Below, one piece after another: positions 26,844 through 40,188 of a DNA stretch of 64,000 nucleotides. The stretch lies in NCBI GenBank assembly GCA_965112155.1, contig OZ218105.1; one strand, 5' to 3'. Made by a program: the position numbers and the translations under genes. Position 1 is the first letter of the stretch. The number at the start of each line of letters is the position of its first letter. This DNA is from Podarcis liolepis. Taxonomy: Eukaryota. The notes beneath the pieces were generated by a model. That model ran no database searches. It was not told where the DNA came from and saw nothing but the letters and a program-made list of their open reading frames with translations.

Positions 26844-28433
26844 TTCCTTAAATTTCTATACCACCCATCACCCAAAGACTACAGAATAGTTCACAGAATT
26901 ACAATGTGGTCTCTTAGGAGACAACTCTTAAAGCTTGGGATTCCTAAGAAGACAGCAACCTACGATAATTTGACTTTCCCACCACGGGACTGAGTGGAAA
27001 GGTGTGGAGGGAGTGCTCCATGTGCAAACTGAAAAGAGAACTTTCAGCACTGGAACTGTCCCTCTGCATTACCACTAGTTTCAAATGCAATGGCCAAAGT
27101 GAGGCACATATATTTCGTAGTTGTGTTCCCTCCCCCCCCCCAAAAAAACAGATGTAGAATAAGGGGGTCTGCATGTATCTTTATACCTCCATGCACACAA
27201 AGGGTAAGTGACATCCTATTGAATAGGATAGCTAGTGAACGCCATGGTTCACTTGTTCTACTGGACTTATAGAAGAAGGCTATGCTTTGCACAGTCACAT
27301 AAGTGAAAATTTAAGATAGCTGAGTCAGAACACATTGGTGACACCTTGGGGGCAATTTGATGTACAAAGAACTACACTGTGTTCTGGACAACTCTTCAAA
27401 AAGCAATTTAAGTCAGGATTTAGAGGATAATAATCTAGATATATCTTGAAAATTTCACAAAACTTCCCAAATCAACTTTATATGTTGCTGAGTTGTTTGG
27501 CCAGAACAAATTCAATAAACACCAGAGATGATTTCTCTTCAGTCATTATAATGAATACAGTGTACCAAATTATTCCTACAGCAAAATAAGAGAGTAGCAA
27601 TTTGGAAACTGAAGAGCAGTTTGTTTTATCTGTATAACTATTTTAGGTATTTTCTTTCTTTTTAATAAAAAAGAAGCCTTGTTTGTTTTGAGTAAAAAGC
27701 CTTTTAAAGACCCATACATTCAATATTAGCTGTTACTATAATTTGCTTTTATGTCTGTTTTAGAATGATTGAGTTGGTATGTTTGTGAATGTTGCTAGTT
27801 TCCATTAGAGATCAGATTGGAATACTTCAGTCTGTTGTGGTTATATATCAATAATTCCTTTTCATAAAATGTTTGCGTTTCTTTGTAATTACTGGTGAAT
27901 CACATATTGTGTGATTTTTTTCAGTAGCACTTGCTATTTAAACTTAATAAAGTATGTGTGTGCGCACACACACTTTTTTTTTTACTATTTCCAATTTAAT
28001 TCAGAAAATGAATGCTAGTAATGTAACTTTTAAAACGTACTCTTGAGGGCATTTTTACTACATTATTCAAAGTAAGTTCTTACTATTATGAGAGTAAATA
28101 CACATTTTTAAAAGGATTACAATAAATGCATAAACCTGGAAAAATATATTATTCCTGCACAATATTTAAACCAAGTAATTATTCTTTAACTAAGAGGGGA
28201 TCATACCACTGCACTTGTGATTTCCAGAAGGTTTCATTCTTCCTTATCCTATTTTATGTTTAGTTTCCATCTTGGTAATTTAGGTTGCAGTTCTGCACAT
28301 ATATCTGGGTGTAAATCCCATTGAACTCAGTGGGACTTACATATCTGAGTATGGGATTACATTGTGAAGGGACTACAGTATTATATTCACTAACAAGTGG
28401 GCTCAGTAGCTGACAGTTCTGAAATGCCCAAAG

Positions 28434-28571
28434 CAGGATATTTTTTTCCAATAGGAACTTGCTGGATCTCAGTTCCAGCACCTCTCAGGTGGGCGCCATT
28501 GCCATTATAAGAGAACAGTGGAGGCATTCATGGTGAGTTTCAGCACCTCTTTTTCTAGAAAAATAGCAATG
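28434..28571. mobile_element. Short hAT-type MITE
   Basis: Degenerate TIR caggatattttttt / aaaaatagcaatg; near-TSD gcccaaag / gccaaagg. Confidence 0.5.
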
Positions 28572-29097
28572 GCCAAAGGATACTCCTGTCTCTCAGGACT
28601 GCTACCCCGAGAGACTGATTTAAGGTGGGGGGCACCCTCTATTTGATTCCTTAATCCCTTAATTCACCCTCTATTTGATTCCTTAGGATTCTAACTAGTA
28701 TATTTTCTTTTCGATTTTCTTTTTAACCTGTACTATCCCACCCTGCCAGTTCTGATCTACGTTAGAAAAGAATAGACTACTAAAGGCTACAGCTGAAAAG
28801 AAAATCAGTGCAGAACACATGAAAAAAAAAAAGCTTACTTCAAAGCCAAAGCAGGCATTTTTTTGGGGGGGGGTGAGGGGGAAACCCACTTGTCCCCATA
28901 TTGACCACGAATCCTGCACTGAAACTAGAAAAGGGTGGGCAGCTAAAACCCACCTTACAAATGTAACTGTGAGGAAAGCCTTTTAGTTTCAAGTAGCTGG
29001 CTTGTGGCGCCCCGCCCCCGGCAACACTGCATGTGGCTAGGGCTGCCATACGTCTAGCATTTCCCAGACATAGACAGGATTTGGCCGTCTGAAACAG

Positions 29098-29212
29098 CAT
29101 GTTAGCCGCTTTGCGACTCCTGAAGGGGAGTGAAAGGCGGGGTATCAAATCCAAACTACTCCTCCTCCTCCTCTTCTTCTTCTTCTTCTTCTTCTTCTTC
29201 TTCTTCTTCTTC
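29098..29212 (+). mobile_element. LINE/SINE 3' end with (CCT)n(CTT)n tail
   Basis: gttagccgctttgcgactcc...gcggggtatcaaatccaaact followed by a trinucleotide tail. Confidence 0.6.
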
Positions 29213-32200
29213 GGCAAATTTCCTTAAAAATAGCTCAGAAACTTTTCTTTGAGATTGCCACCAGCAATGCTTCACCACCCCATCTGCTGCTTGTGGTGTG
29301 GGTTGCACAGCATCCTTATGGTCAGCTTGAAAATTTGGTTTTAAATAATAAGAAAATCAATAAAGGCATAGTAAAGTGTTACAGGCAGAACTGGAGAAGG
29401 CAGAACTGGCTAGAAAGGACCTCTGCTGCAAAGGGGCCTTGGGGCAGCTGCTCTAATTGATCTCAAATTAAATTTGAGCTAGAATGTGATGCTACTGCCC
29501 AAAGTCAAATCCCACTGCAGATTATCCTTGATTTTTTTAAAAAAACCTGAAATCTTTGCAAAACGCTATTGCCAAGAATCGTGCTCTGATTCTGTTTAGC
29601 TCTTCATGTAATGAAAGTGTCCTAGAGGTCTGAAAATGAAACTCAAGGACCTTCTGTCATTGAGTCATACTTTTGTGATACAGCTGCAGTTTAAGTAACT
29701 GAATTGTGATCCAAAACTGCATGACTGAGGCAAGCAGGAAACATGAAAGTATTCTCATGCTGAAGTGAACAAGGAACATGAAATGGGGGGGGGGGGAGGA
29801 ATGAAACTACAAAAAGTATAAATCTTTGTTGTAGTTACTCTTGTGTATCTTATAACCACCAAAGTCTTTGGTGCCCCTTTTGAATAATAAACCCACTTTC
29901 TGAAGATTGGGGAGGAGGGTGGAGAATGCCTCAGCCCTGTCCCTGAATGCAACTTCTGGTTTTACCAGTGTATAATAGTATGCATTTTTATTCACTTTCC
30001 AATAATGCCTATTCCCTAAAATAGGTACTGTACTTTTTAATGCATGGATATTTCAACTACAGGATTTTAATAGAGAAATTGAGAACTTGGGTTTTTCTTT
30101 GGCTTGAAAAATCCTTCATCTATGGGACATAAGTTGATTCCAAATCCTTCCTATCCTTTAAATGTTGGTAAATAAATGAAATGCAAAGATAATATCAGAA
30201 CTGATTGCTGCTTTTTTTTTAATCTACTGAAGAGGCTCAGAACGTTTTTCTGTAATAGCCCAAGAATAAATATCATTAAACTTATTATAATTAACATCCT
30301 AAACTTCTAGACTAATAGACCATGAAAATGTATTTCCAAAACATCATGCTCCAATTGCATCTACTGCTAGACCACGTCATATATATTATTGCTTCATGGC
30401 CCTAGCTAGAGTTGGAAACCTCAAAGCCCTGAGTCTAAACTACTTGATTGATTGAAGGCCAGTTTAAAGCAACATTACAGACACATACAAAGGTGACTGT
30501 AAATCTCTCTTTCTGTTCTTCATGATCACACTGTTCATTATTCATGAAAGCTCATGCTAATCATGTAACCACAAACCTTGCATGATGTTTATATAAATTA
30601 AAAAGATGACACAACAGATTTAAATGCCATTCATTTAGACTTAATAGACCGCTGTCTAATACACACTTCACTACATATGAGCAAATTCCCCTTTCCCAGT
30701 GTTACAGAACCAACCGTTCCCATTTCTTGTTGTGCATATCTTATCTATTTATCATGAGTCAAATATCATAGTGTGTCACTGCTGGTTACCTATATTGGCC
30801 TGAGGTTGGGGGCATGTGAGGGCAGTGGCAGAATCCAATATGCCGTCTAGTATATCCACATGGCTTTGACCATGCTGCTATCCTGTTGAGCACTGCCCCA
30901 TCCAGGTTTCTAGACAGTGGCTCCTTCTCACCATGCATGCTGCTATTGGATTTGAAAATGATGATGGAATGAGGCTTGACACAATCAGGATAGGAGTAAG
31001 AGTTGGAAGCGCTCAGATCTCACACTTCCCAAACCAGCCTCTAGGCCAACAGGTTTATGGGATGATCATTTATTTAGAACACAGGAGCAGAACAGGTTGG
31101 CTTTATAGAACAAGATTCTTGCATTATTCCTTATTATTCACTTTCCTATCACTCCTTATTGCTATGGACTCTTTTTTTGGTGTCTGCTTACAACATTTTT
31201 TGTTTCAGCCAGCCTATCCAGACACGCAGAATGTTGTCATATGTGTTAATCTCATTTTGGTTTACTGTTAATTTTAACAATCCCTAAAAGGTTTGTAACA
31301 ACCTGTTTTTGTCTTTTGTTGACAATTTTAACATGGTTTGTATTTTGTTATCCTCTTAGAGGTTTTGTTACCAACAAGCAGTATATCCGTTTTGTTAAAT
31401 AACAATAAAATGAATATTTTTGCATGAGGGTGCATATAAAACATGGTTGCAGGAGAAAGTCGATGGCAGGAGAAAGTGAAGGAATGCATTGACCTCATGG
31501 AATTGGCAACATTTATTATTAGTAGTATTAGTATTAGTATTTTACTAAAGTTTCAGTGGGACTGGATAACAGCTGGATTTGTCATGAAAGTAGAAGTTGC
31601 TTCAGGTGGCCAGGCCATTACCCATCTGTTGGTATCTGGCTTGTGTCATTATTATTAGTGAAAGCATGAAGCAGGTTGTCCTCCATACTTGGCATTACAC
31701 GCTAACTCTCCATCTTTTAAACTATCCTGACCAGAGACCCTTGTTACATAGAAGCTGCTGGCATAGCATCAGTTTTTGAAACAGAGTGGGGTGGGGGGAA
31801 GCCAGCCAGCTGCTTCCCAAGACTCAGTCTGTGTGCCGTCACTGCTGATGCTGTCCCAAAGATGTGTTGGGAAGGAAAGAGAAGAACTTTTCCCTCCCGT
31901 GAGTTACTCTGCTTCCTAAAGTTTGTGCTGTTAGTAGGGCTAAGATTAATTTCGAGAAACAGGAAAAGCTGTTGAGTGTTTCACCTGTATATACCAGCCG
32001 CTCCAAATACCAAATACTTACTTTTTGGCCTGTATCTTACATTTTCTCCAAAATGTTCCTTCTTCAAAGAGGACTTTGTGATCAAAGCAGACATGTTTCT
32101 CCTTGCAATAGGAATTTGTTTGCTTGCTTTCCCCAGTAAGCTGATATATGTGAAATACAGGAAGATGATCTGCATCATAACTGTTTTGCTGAGAAAGGTT

Positions 32201-33559
32201 AATAGCATGCTTATTAAAGTAGAGATGGTTTTCTGCATTCTGTTTCAATGTGGCATTCAGCTGCCATAAGTTGCCCCATTAGATATTTTGGAGAAGCACT
32301 GCTAAATTATTTTAGCTCCTTTAAGTTCCTTAACTAGCAAAAGGTTATACCAGAGTTCACAATTATGGCTTTAATTTTACTGGAAATGATGCAAGATCAC
32401 TTTGGAAATATATGAAGAGTTTTGTTTAATATCTCTTCTTCTGTGGCCTGGGAATTAAAAATAATATGCTTAGATGGAAATATAGTGTAGACTATTAGGA
32501 GCTATGCATTAACACTGTTTTAGTAGAAGAGCATCATATTCTAATAGTGTCATTGCACTTTTTTATTGAATTAAATCACATGGATCAAATAGCCATTCAT
32601 CTGGTCAGAAGGGAATTACTTGGCACACAATGAAATGAAGAATTGCAAAAAGAGGAACAATTCCTCCCAAATAATATTCACCTGAGCCATGGTTGGAAGC
32701 CCGAGTGATTCATATGCTATCACCTTTGCAGCTGCTGCTCTTTCAACAAACTATCATGAAAAGGAAGTGACTGCCTTAAAGATATTCAGATGATACAATT
32801 TCACAGTTATTGTTGTATTACTACACACATATATTTCATACAGGACACACACACAAAGGGGCTCCAGGCAGATTGATGGAAGCAAGACCATTCTGCTGAC
32901 TCCATGTTTGATGTCATGAGCGCTTACACACACACACACATTTTCAATGTCTCCCTACTTCCCTGCACCCCCATATCAAACGGGGGTACAGGGAAGTAGG
33001 GAAGTGCATGGCATCTTGGGTGAAGCCAGGATGGAATGTAGGCTCCTATTGAGAACAAATCTGGGTCATAGACCACAGTACCACTATTTTTTTTCCCAAT
33101 AAAAGAACACCGTGTTTGACACTGACTTCACTGTTTATTTTCAAAAGTATGTAAGGCATCCTACACAGTGATCCTTTAAAGTTTTCTTTTCTTTTCTTTT
33201 AGCCCTGTGATAATGCAGCCTGAAGATACATTTCAGTAAATTTGATAACAAACTGTTATTGTAAAGTGTTCATGATCGTGGATATCTAGTAGCTATTAGC
33301 TATTATACATTACCATGGTGACATTTATATGGTGTTATGGGGTTCTCATCCAATAAGATTGCCTTTCTTGAGAAAGGTTCAGCTTGAGCACAGTTCTGCT
33401 CCTTGTTGCATGACTTCCCTAATATATTGGATAGATATATACTGAGAAAAGTGGGACTCGGTGGCAACAGAGTGTTGCAGCATGGAGTGCTCCTGGTTAG
33501 TGTGCCATTCAGTCATCTGTACTCTCCCCCAGTATATTTATTTGATTCTTTCTGTTATT

Positions 33560-33790
33560 GTGCACCACCCCTAACATGGCCACAGGGTATGCTCTTTGGG
33601 CTGTTTTGGAGTTCCCCTCTTAGGGTTTCCCACCTCCTCGGCCATATATTTAAAATTGTGAAAACCTTTGCCACCCCTTATGGATTTTTCGAAAGCTTGT
33701 GTTATATACTTCCAAGAAATTTTGGGTTCTCCACGAGTCTCCTCTTGACCCCTGAATGGTGATGTTTTGTCCAATGTAAAAAGTCAGGCT
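33560..33790 (-). mobile_element. L1/Tx1-type ORF2 fragment, degenerate
   Basis: GEPKISWKYITQAFEKSIRGGKGFHNFKY resembles the post-RT KPRI.W..L...K..GG.G.PN...Y motif. Confidence 0.5.
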
Positions 33791-33920
33791 AGCTGACTTT
33801 TGTCACCAGCCTGAGAAGCCTTGAGTATGTGTAGGCTTCCTTGATGTGATCTTATGGGCTCTTCTTATGTGCTATCAATAGAACATCTATATAATCATAT
33901 AGCAAAAGAAGAGCTGTAGA

Positions 33921-34100
33921 GGGGAGGACAGTGGCTCTGTGGTAGAGGTTGAACACAGAAGGTCCCAGGTTCAGGCCTGGGTTTGGCTGGCAGAATCTCC
34001 TACCTGAAATCCAGGAGAGCCATGACCACAGTCTTTTGACAATGCTGAGCTAGATGGGCCCATGCTCTGACTCAGGGCGAGCCAGCTTCCTATGTTCCTA
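33921..34100 (+). mobile_element. tRNA-derived squamate SINE with ...cttcctatgttccta tail
   Basis: A/B-box-like gtggctctgtggtagag...aggtcccaggttca; body cctgaaatccaggagagcc...ctgagctagatgggccc. Confidence 0.7.
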
Positions 34101-35389
34101 AAGAGAGATATAACAATATATAAAAGATACACTAAGAGAAGAATCCAATGGTGCTTGGGATGGTGGCTGAGAGGCCACTAGATGCTGAAGGCTTCCTTCT
34201 CTGCTCCCTGAGAGAAAGATTTAGTTCCAGAAGGCAGTGGTGGAAAGCTCTGCCATGTCACTATTCTGCTCCAGCTCTATATTCACTTGTTATATTTGTC
34301 TATATTAGTGTATTCTCAGGCAGGGGTAGCCCAAAAGCTATTTACACAGGGGAAAATAATATATTGAATGAGGCCCTTATAGGTTTTCAGTGATTTCAGT
34401 TCTGTGGCCTTAAAAATGTATGAAAAAGAATCAATTACTAAAGAAAGAAAACCGTAGTACTCAGTAAATATTTTGGAGTACACAGACACAAACAAATAAC
34501 TTCAGAGCAAAAGAATAATCAACAGAAGTGTCTGTGATACATGAAGATTTGATGAGGGGTGTATGAGGAGAAAGCTGGTCTAAATGCTGAAATCTAATAT
34601 GTGATGTGAGGGGAGATATTCTGTATTCTTCAGCTGTTCCACTTTGTAAGCAAGAGAGCTAGCAAAGAAAGCTGGCTGATATGCACCAAAGAAGCAAACT
34701 TGTTTGCCAGGTCCTTTGATACTTCCTAAAGAATTATTCACCCTCTACAAATCCAGCCGTACAGATTGTATCAAAACACTAAACAGATTAAGGGAAACAT
34801 TTATCCCTAATCTAACGAAACAGCATATTCAGCTTTAATGACAAGCATGAAACATTCACCAAAATGCAACAAAACAATGTACCTACACTCTACACACAGT
34901 TTAGTTTGAGATATCCTTTATTAGACCAATGTGTTCATGTATGCTGTTTCTAACTAACTGAAAGTGAGCAGATTAATATCTTGGTATATGCATGGATGTA
35001 GAATGACAGTTTTATGAGACTCCCCCCCCCCCCGCATACAAAGTAGGTATTATTCATACAGACTAGGTCCCTGATTAGTTGTGGTAATGAAGTAAATATA
35101 ATGGCCAGGAGCTATATACACTGGTTTGGATTCAAAAAAGCGTGAGGTTCTTCTGACACAATCGACACAACCAAGTTAGTAAAAACCTTCAATCTTTTAA
35201 TTTTTCTCTGAGTAGTCCAGCAAAAGCATACAAGGATGTGGGAGAAGCATTGGTTATGGGCTATATATGATGGATATATCACAAAAATGGGCACTGTATT
35301 ACATCAGATGATTTAGGTTTTGTATGGCCTTTAACAAACTTATGATGGATAAGCTTATTTATCAATAACTGGTTCTAAAGCCTCCCAAA

Positions 35390-35692
35390 CAGGGGTGGGC
35401 CTTGGTAATATACTCCCCTGTGCAAGGCCATTTGGTGCCCTCCCCCACAACCCTCGCAGTGCCGGCTTAAGCTGGGCTTTGTGAAGGAGGCAAAAGGCTC
35501 TCGAAGGGTCGTAGAGCCCTCCTACCTCTATTCCAAAGCCTGGTAAGGAGGTGGGAGGACTCTAGGACCCTGTCAGAGCAATCATGGCTCCACCCTGAAG
35601 CCTGGCAAGTACTTACCAGGCTTTACAAAGGCATGCTTCTTGGCTGCGCACCTGATGCAACCTCACTGCACACTGCCCAAAACCCACCCCTG
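35390..35692. mobile_element. Non-autonomous hAT-type element
   Basis: Perfect 10-bp TIR caggggtggg / cccacccctg; TSD ctcccaaa / ccccaaaa (6/8). Confidence 0.65.
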
Positions 35693-36299
35693 CCCCAAAA
35701 CCACAGTTTGAGAGAATCCTTGCAATGGATTGTAATTACTGCTCTTTCTGCTGCTAAAGGATATAAAAGAAAGGGTTGTATCCAATGTGTTAGCCTGCTA
35801 GAACCATTGCACAAGAGCTTGCCATACTGGAACTGTTGTGGCTAGGTATTTTATTTTTCTGTGCTCTACAAACTGTGCATATAAATACCAACTACTTGCT
35901 TGTGGAACCTCTTGCCCAGTAGCATAAGACAACCTGGTAACAGAACAGGTTCAGTGCTAACTCTGCAATGCTGTGTTGTATACCACTCAAAATCTTTATG
36001 CTTTGTAGACAGTAAATCCTTTGGGAAAGTGCCCATAACTGCTTTGTATGGTCATAATGTCTATTTCTGTGAGGATCTTGTCCCAAATATATCTCTCAGA
36101 GGACATGAGTGACCACCACATGCTGACAAATGTACCATCCCTTGACATCTCTTCCAACTAGTCCTTTGAGACCATCTCAGAATTCCATCCAGCATTTATT
36201 TGAAGCTGTTTGAAATATCTTGAAGTGCCAGCAAGAAAGGCCATTGGAAGTCTCTTTCCTTGCCCTTGCCCTTATAGCCCTCTTTGAGCGAGAAATAAA

Positions 36300-36890
36300 A
36301 CCCTGTTCTCAAAGGAGATTCTCTATCTGCATACCTATAATGCTGATTTTTTTATAATTACCTTTAAAGCCTGAAACTTTACTGTACCTGTCTACTTGTC
36401 TTTGACTTTCCTGCAGTGACATTTCAGGTTTGCTTGTGACAATTGCCACATCATCTGCAAACAGATGTATTGTGTGTTCTCCACTATTGATACTGACATC
36501 ATTAATTTTGCTATTGCTCCTTATTGAAATTGCCAGAGCTGTAATAAACAGGGCAAAGAGCAGGAGCCATAAAGGACAACCCTGTCCTGTTCTTTGCAGA
36601 GTAACAGGGGAATGAATCCTATCTATTTGTCCTGACAACTTCTCCCAACTCTTTGCAAAGCTGCTCAAGTGTGCACCAAAACCTTTGTCTCATACCTTGT
36701 TCTGTATAACATCAATTTCATAATTGAGCCATCCAAATTTTGCAAAGTTTTTTGACCATTGGAAGAAATAATGGGCATAAGCATCTTTTTAGTTTTTCAA
36801 AAATTATAGTATTTATTCAACACTTGTCTAGTGTTTTCTGAGATTTGTCTCTTGGGCATGAAACCCATTTTATCTCTGTGAACATACGCC
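36300..36890 (-). mobile_element. L1-clade LINE reverse-transcriptase fragment
   Basis: GQGCPLWLLLFAL, LFADD and YSKVSGFKGNYKK motifs in ORF 36309-36668; upstream GFMPKRQISENTR segment near 36830-36870. Confidence 0.85.
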
Positions 36891-39559
36891 CCAATTCAGC
36901 TATAACTGAAATAAACGTTATTAGAATTACACTGTATGGCATACGTGCACATTCATATAATTACATTGTAAGCATACCTAGGAACTCATGTTAAATTTAG
37001 TAGAATTCACTTCTGCGTAGACAGGTTTATTATTGGGCCATAGGTAAATTTAGTTTTGAACGAGTACCCCAAAATCATGAGCTACTGCCTGCTCCCGTTA
37101 AAATCTAAATTTTATTTAAATAATGTTTTTTTAAAAAACAGGATAGGAAATTTCTGAAGGCATTTCTTTTGCTATTTCTAGCTCTTGCTTCACTTTTACT
37201 ACTCAAGCCCATATCAGCAATTCTATGAAGTATGATTCATGTGATAAGCACTGGGCATTAAGGCATTAGGTTCTGCACAAGCAGTGAATGTTCAGGTTGT
37301 TGGAGGCAGACATGTAGTGTTGTCACTAGCAGGACACACATTCATTTTGTGTGCCTTATCATGGTCTCCGACCAAATTTTTTCTTACTTAATAGCACTTA
37401 TAGCTTTTTGGAGGAAAAGCTGGAACTGTTCCCCAGAAACACGTGCAGCACTTCTGCAGTAAGTTTATTTTGACAGAACGTCTCTTGCAAAGACGCCATG
37501 ATGAATAATATACTTCACCATTCCAATGCCTGGGACAGTTGGGATTTTTTCCAAGGCTGGATTCATTTGTTTGTTTGTTTCCATGTATTAAGGGATATGT
37601 GATGTACACAATCCATGTGCTCAACTTGTCCTTTAAAAAGTGAGGAAAGCACAAGCATGAAGCTATTTTGCCTTTTCAGTAAACAATGTTCTGCCATTCA
37701 AGCCCTCTTAAATGTGAAATTGATTGAATCCAATTACAAGCATTCTGTGGTCTAATCAATTTCATCATTCCCAACTTGGGTGAAACAATGCATGTGAGTG
37801 GGTGTAAATTAGACGAAGGAACAAAAATGTTTTCCCCATTCAACTATATCTATAGGTTCCCCCAATTATATAATTATGAATCTAGCAATTCTGGGTTAAA
37901 AGTTGTTATCACATTAGTGATAAATTGTTCCCATTGTCCCTTAGAAATAAAAATCTGTACACAGCTGCAGAGGGATGTAATGTATACGTGTAAGATTATG
38001 GTTTGTAGAGTTAAATTTTCCACAATGTATTATTGCTAGCATGTATGCTCTCAGTATAATTCAGCATGTATAATTCAGCATTTTTTTCTTTGATCACCTT
38101 GGAAAGAGTTCTTTTTCAGAAGAGTCATGCCAGCTCTATAGCTGTATGCTAAATGAAATGTTAAATATCAGCTATCATACAGACAAAATGATGAAACTAT
38201 TTGCCAAGTTTTAAGGAGAGTGATATGGCAATGAAATCTTTCAACAATATGCTAAAAATATGATAAAGCAGAAACTCAGAGATAATTCATTTTCAACCCC
38301 TGCATTATCACAATTATTCAGGCTGGAAGAATAAGATATTATGACAGACACTGGGGTATTGCTGAAAACAGGAAGACTATGTCTTGTTATTTCCCTATTG
38401 TCAGTGGCATTTCATGATGTAAAATGAGTGATCTGAAGTCATCACACTGCAAGTTCTCCCATCCCTAGTAGCAAATAAAGTAGAGAAGAGCCAAAGAAAC
38501 ACACAAAGCATCAGATATAATATCCTGTATCACTAGATGAGGCTGATTAGCCTTCAGCAGTGTGGTTCTCTTCAGATGTTTTGGATGATGAGCCTGATTA
38601 CCCAAGCCAGCACAAGGCCCTCAATTTGCATGGCTTTTCTCTTTCTCTTTCAATAATAATTTACCACACTGAGCATTCAGTCCTAGTTGGCTAGTTTTTA
38701 TTCCTACCAGATTTGCTTGTACTTCTGCAAACCTTGGGGTTTCCCCTAAGCTCATTCATATCTCCCCTCTTGTGGATGAATGGTGTCGATTTGGCTAGCA
38801 CTTGGCAAACTGAGATGGTGATGGATATATAGGCTTCTTCCGTCTGTTCTGTGCTAGTTACCTCACTTACAATATTGTTTTCCTCAGGAAGGGACACGCC
38901 AGATGAAGACTTTGGTCCTAGGAGGTCCTCTGACATTTCCTTCGGTTTGAGGAAGAGGCCATTGGAAGGTAGGGCATTCCATGCACTTCAGAGCTTAATA
39001 CATACTACAGAGTAAGAGGACCAAAGAGTCCTCTCTTTGGTCCTCTTACTCTGAGTCTACTCTTACAGAGTAATGAGCTGTGTACTTAAATACATAGCAG
39101 GCGGCTAGGTTTTTTGCTTTTCCTTAGGTAGGTAGAGTGTTGGGGAGCCCACTTCTCAGACTGAAGGCATTATATGTGAAGCAGAGGCTCACTTTTCCCC
39201 CAGCCAAGAACCCCTGATTTAGAAAAATGCCCCGTCAGCACCAAAGGAGACTCTTCCACCACCAAGCCCTTTTTTTGGCTTGGTGGTGGGGAGATCACTA
39301 TTCTAATCCTGGTGGGGGGTTGAAAAGAGATAAGCTTCTCCCACCTTCACTCTGCTGTTACAGTGAGAATTCAGCTTCCCCACTTCTGTATTTACTTAAG
39401 GGAACACATGGTACTTAGCTGCCTGATACATATTTAGGTGCATACCTAGTCTGGATGAGAATCTTACAAACTGAGCCTGAGAAAGATGTATGTGAGAGGC
39501 TCCTGAGTCCAGATAATTGGTCAATTGCCTGCTTCAGATAGGGTTGTATTCTCCCTGTA

Positions 39560-40140
39560 GGAGCAGGTTTGAAGTCTAGGGATGCTTCTGGCGTCACCTC
39601 TGCCACTAGAGGCACAGGTGCCCTCTACCAGCTTGGGCTGATAAGGCAGCAATTTCTATTCCTGGACCAGGATAACCTGACTATTGTCACCCTGTGCTGG
39701 ATACCTCAAGATTTGACTACTGTTGCAATGTGCTTGATACGTGGCTTTACTGACCTAGAAGGTGCAGCTAGCACAAAATGCAGCGGCTCAGCTGCTTACT
39801 GGGGCAGAATATCAGCATCATGTTGCACTGTTGTTGAAAGAATTGCACTGCCCGCCACTCTGTTGCTGGGCTAAATTCAATGAGCTGCTTTTTAAAGGCT
39901 TTGTACACTATAAGCAGGAGGTCCTCTTCTGCTTATCGTGTACAACGCCATATACCAACAAGGATACCTTTAAAAAAATCATCTCACACTGATATACCAA
40001 CTTGGAAACTGCATTGTACAGAAGAGGACCTCCTGTTGATACCGTCTCATCTGTACAGTGCAAGGATTGGACCTTTAATGGCATCCACCCCTTGGAATGC
40101 CTGTTATGTATCACTTCTCAGCCTTTTGTCTAAGGTCAAG
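39560..40140 (+). mobile_element. Old L2 LINE fragment
   Basis: YQLGLIRQ..FLDQDNL and QLAQNAAAQLLTG....H...LLKELHC are L2 ORF2 motifs, frameshifted. Confidence 0.75.
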
Positions 40141-40145
40141 TGTGT

Positions 40146-40146
<1 letters not shown>

Positions 40147-40183
<37 letters not shown>
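40147..40183. repeat. (GT)n microsatellite
   Basis: Visible dinucleotide run. Confidence 0.97.

Positions 40184-40188
<5 letters not shown>

Noticed and set aside
26673-26993. ORF with poly-Tyr and poly-His
   Set aside because: Artefact of the (ATT)n(ATC)n microsatellite.
28840-29217. ORF with poly-Lys/Arg N-terminus
   Set aside because: Antisense reading of the (CTT)n retroelement tail.
39602-39616. CTCF-like gccactagaggcac
   Set aside because: Imperfect core, and it lies inside an L2 remnant.
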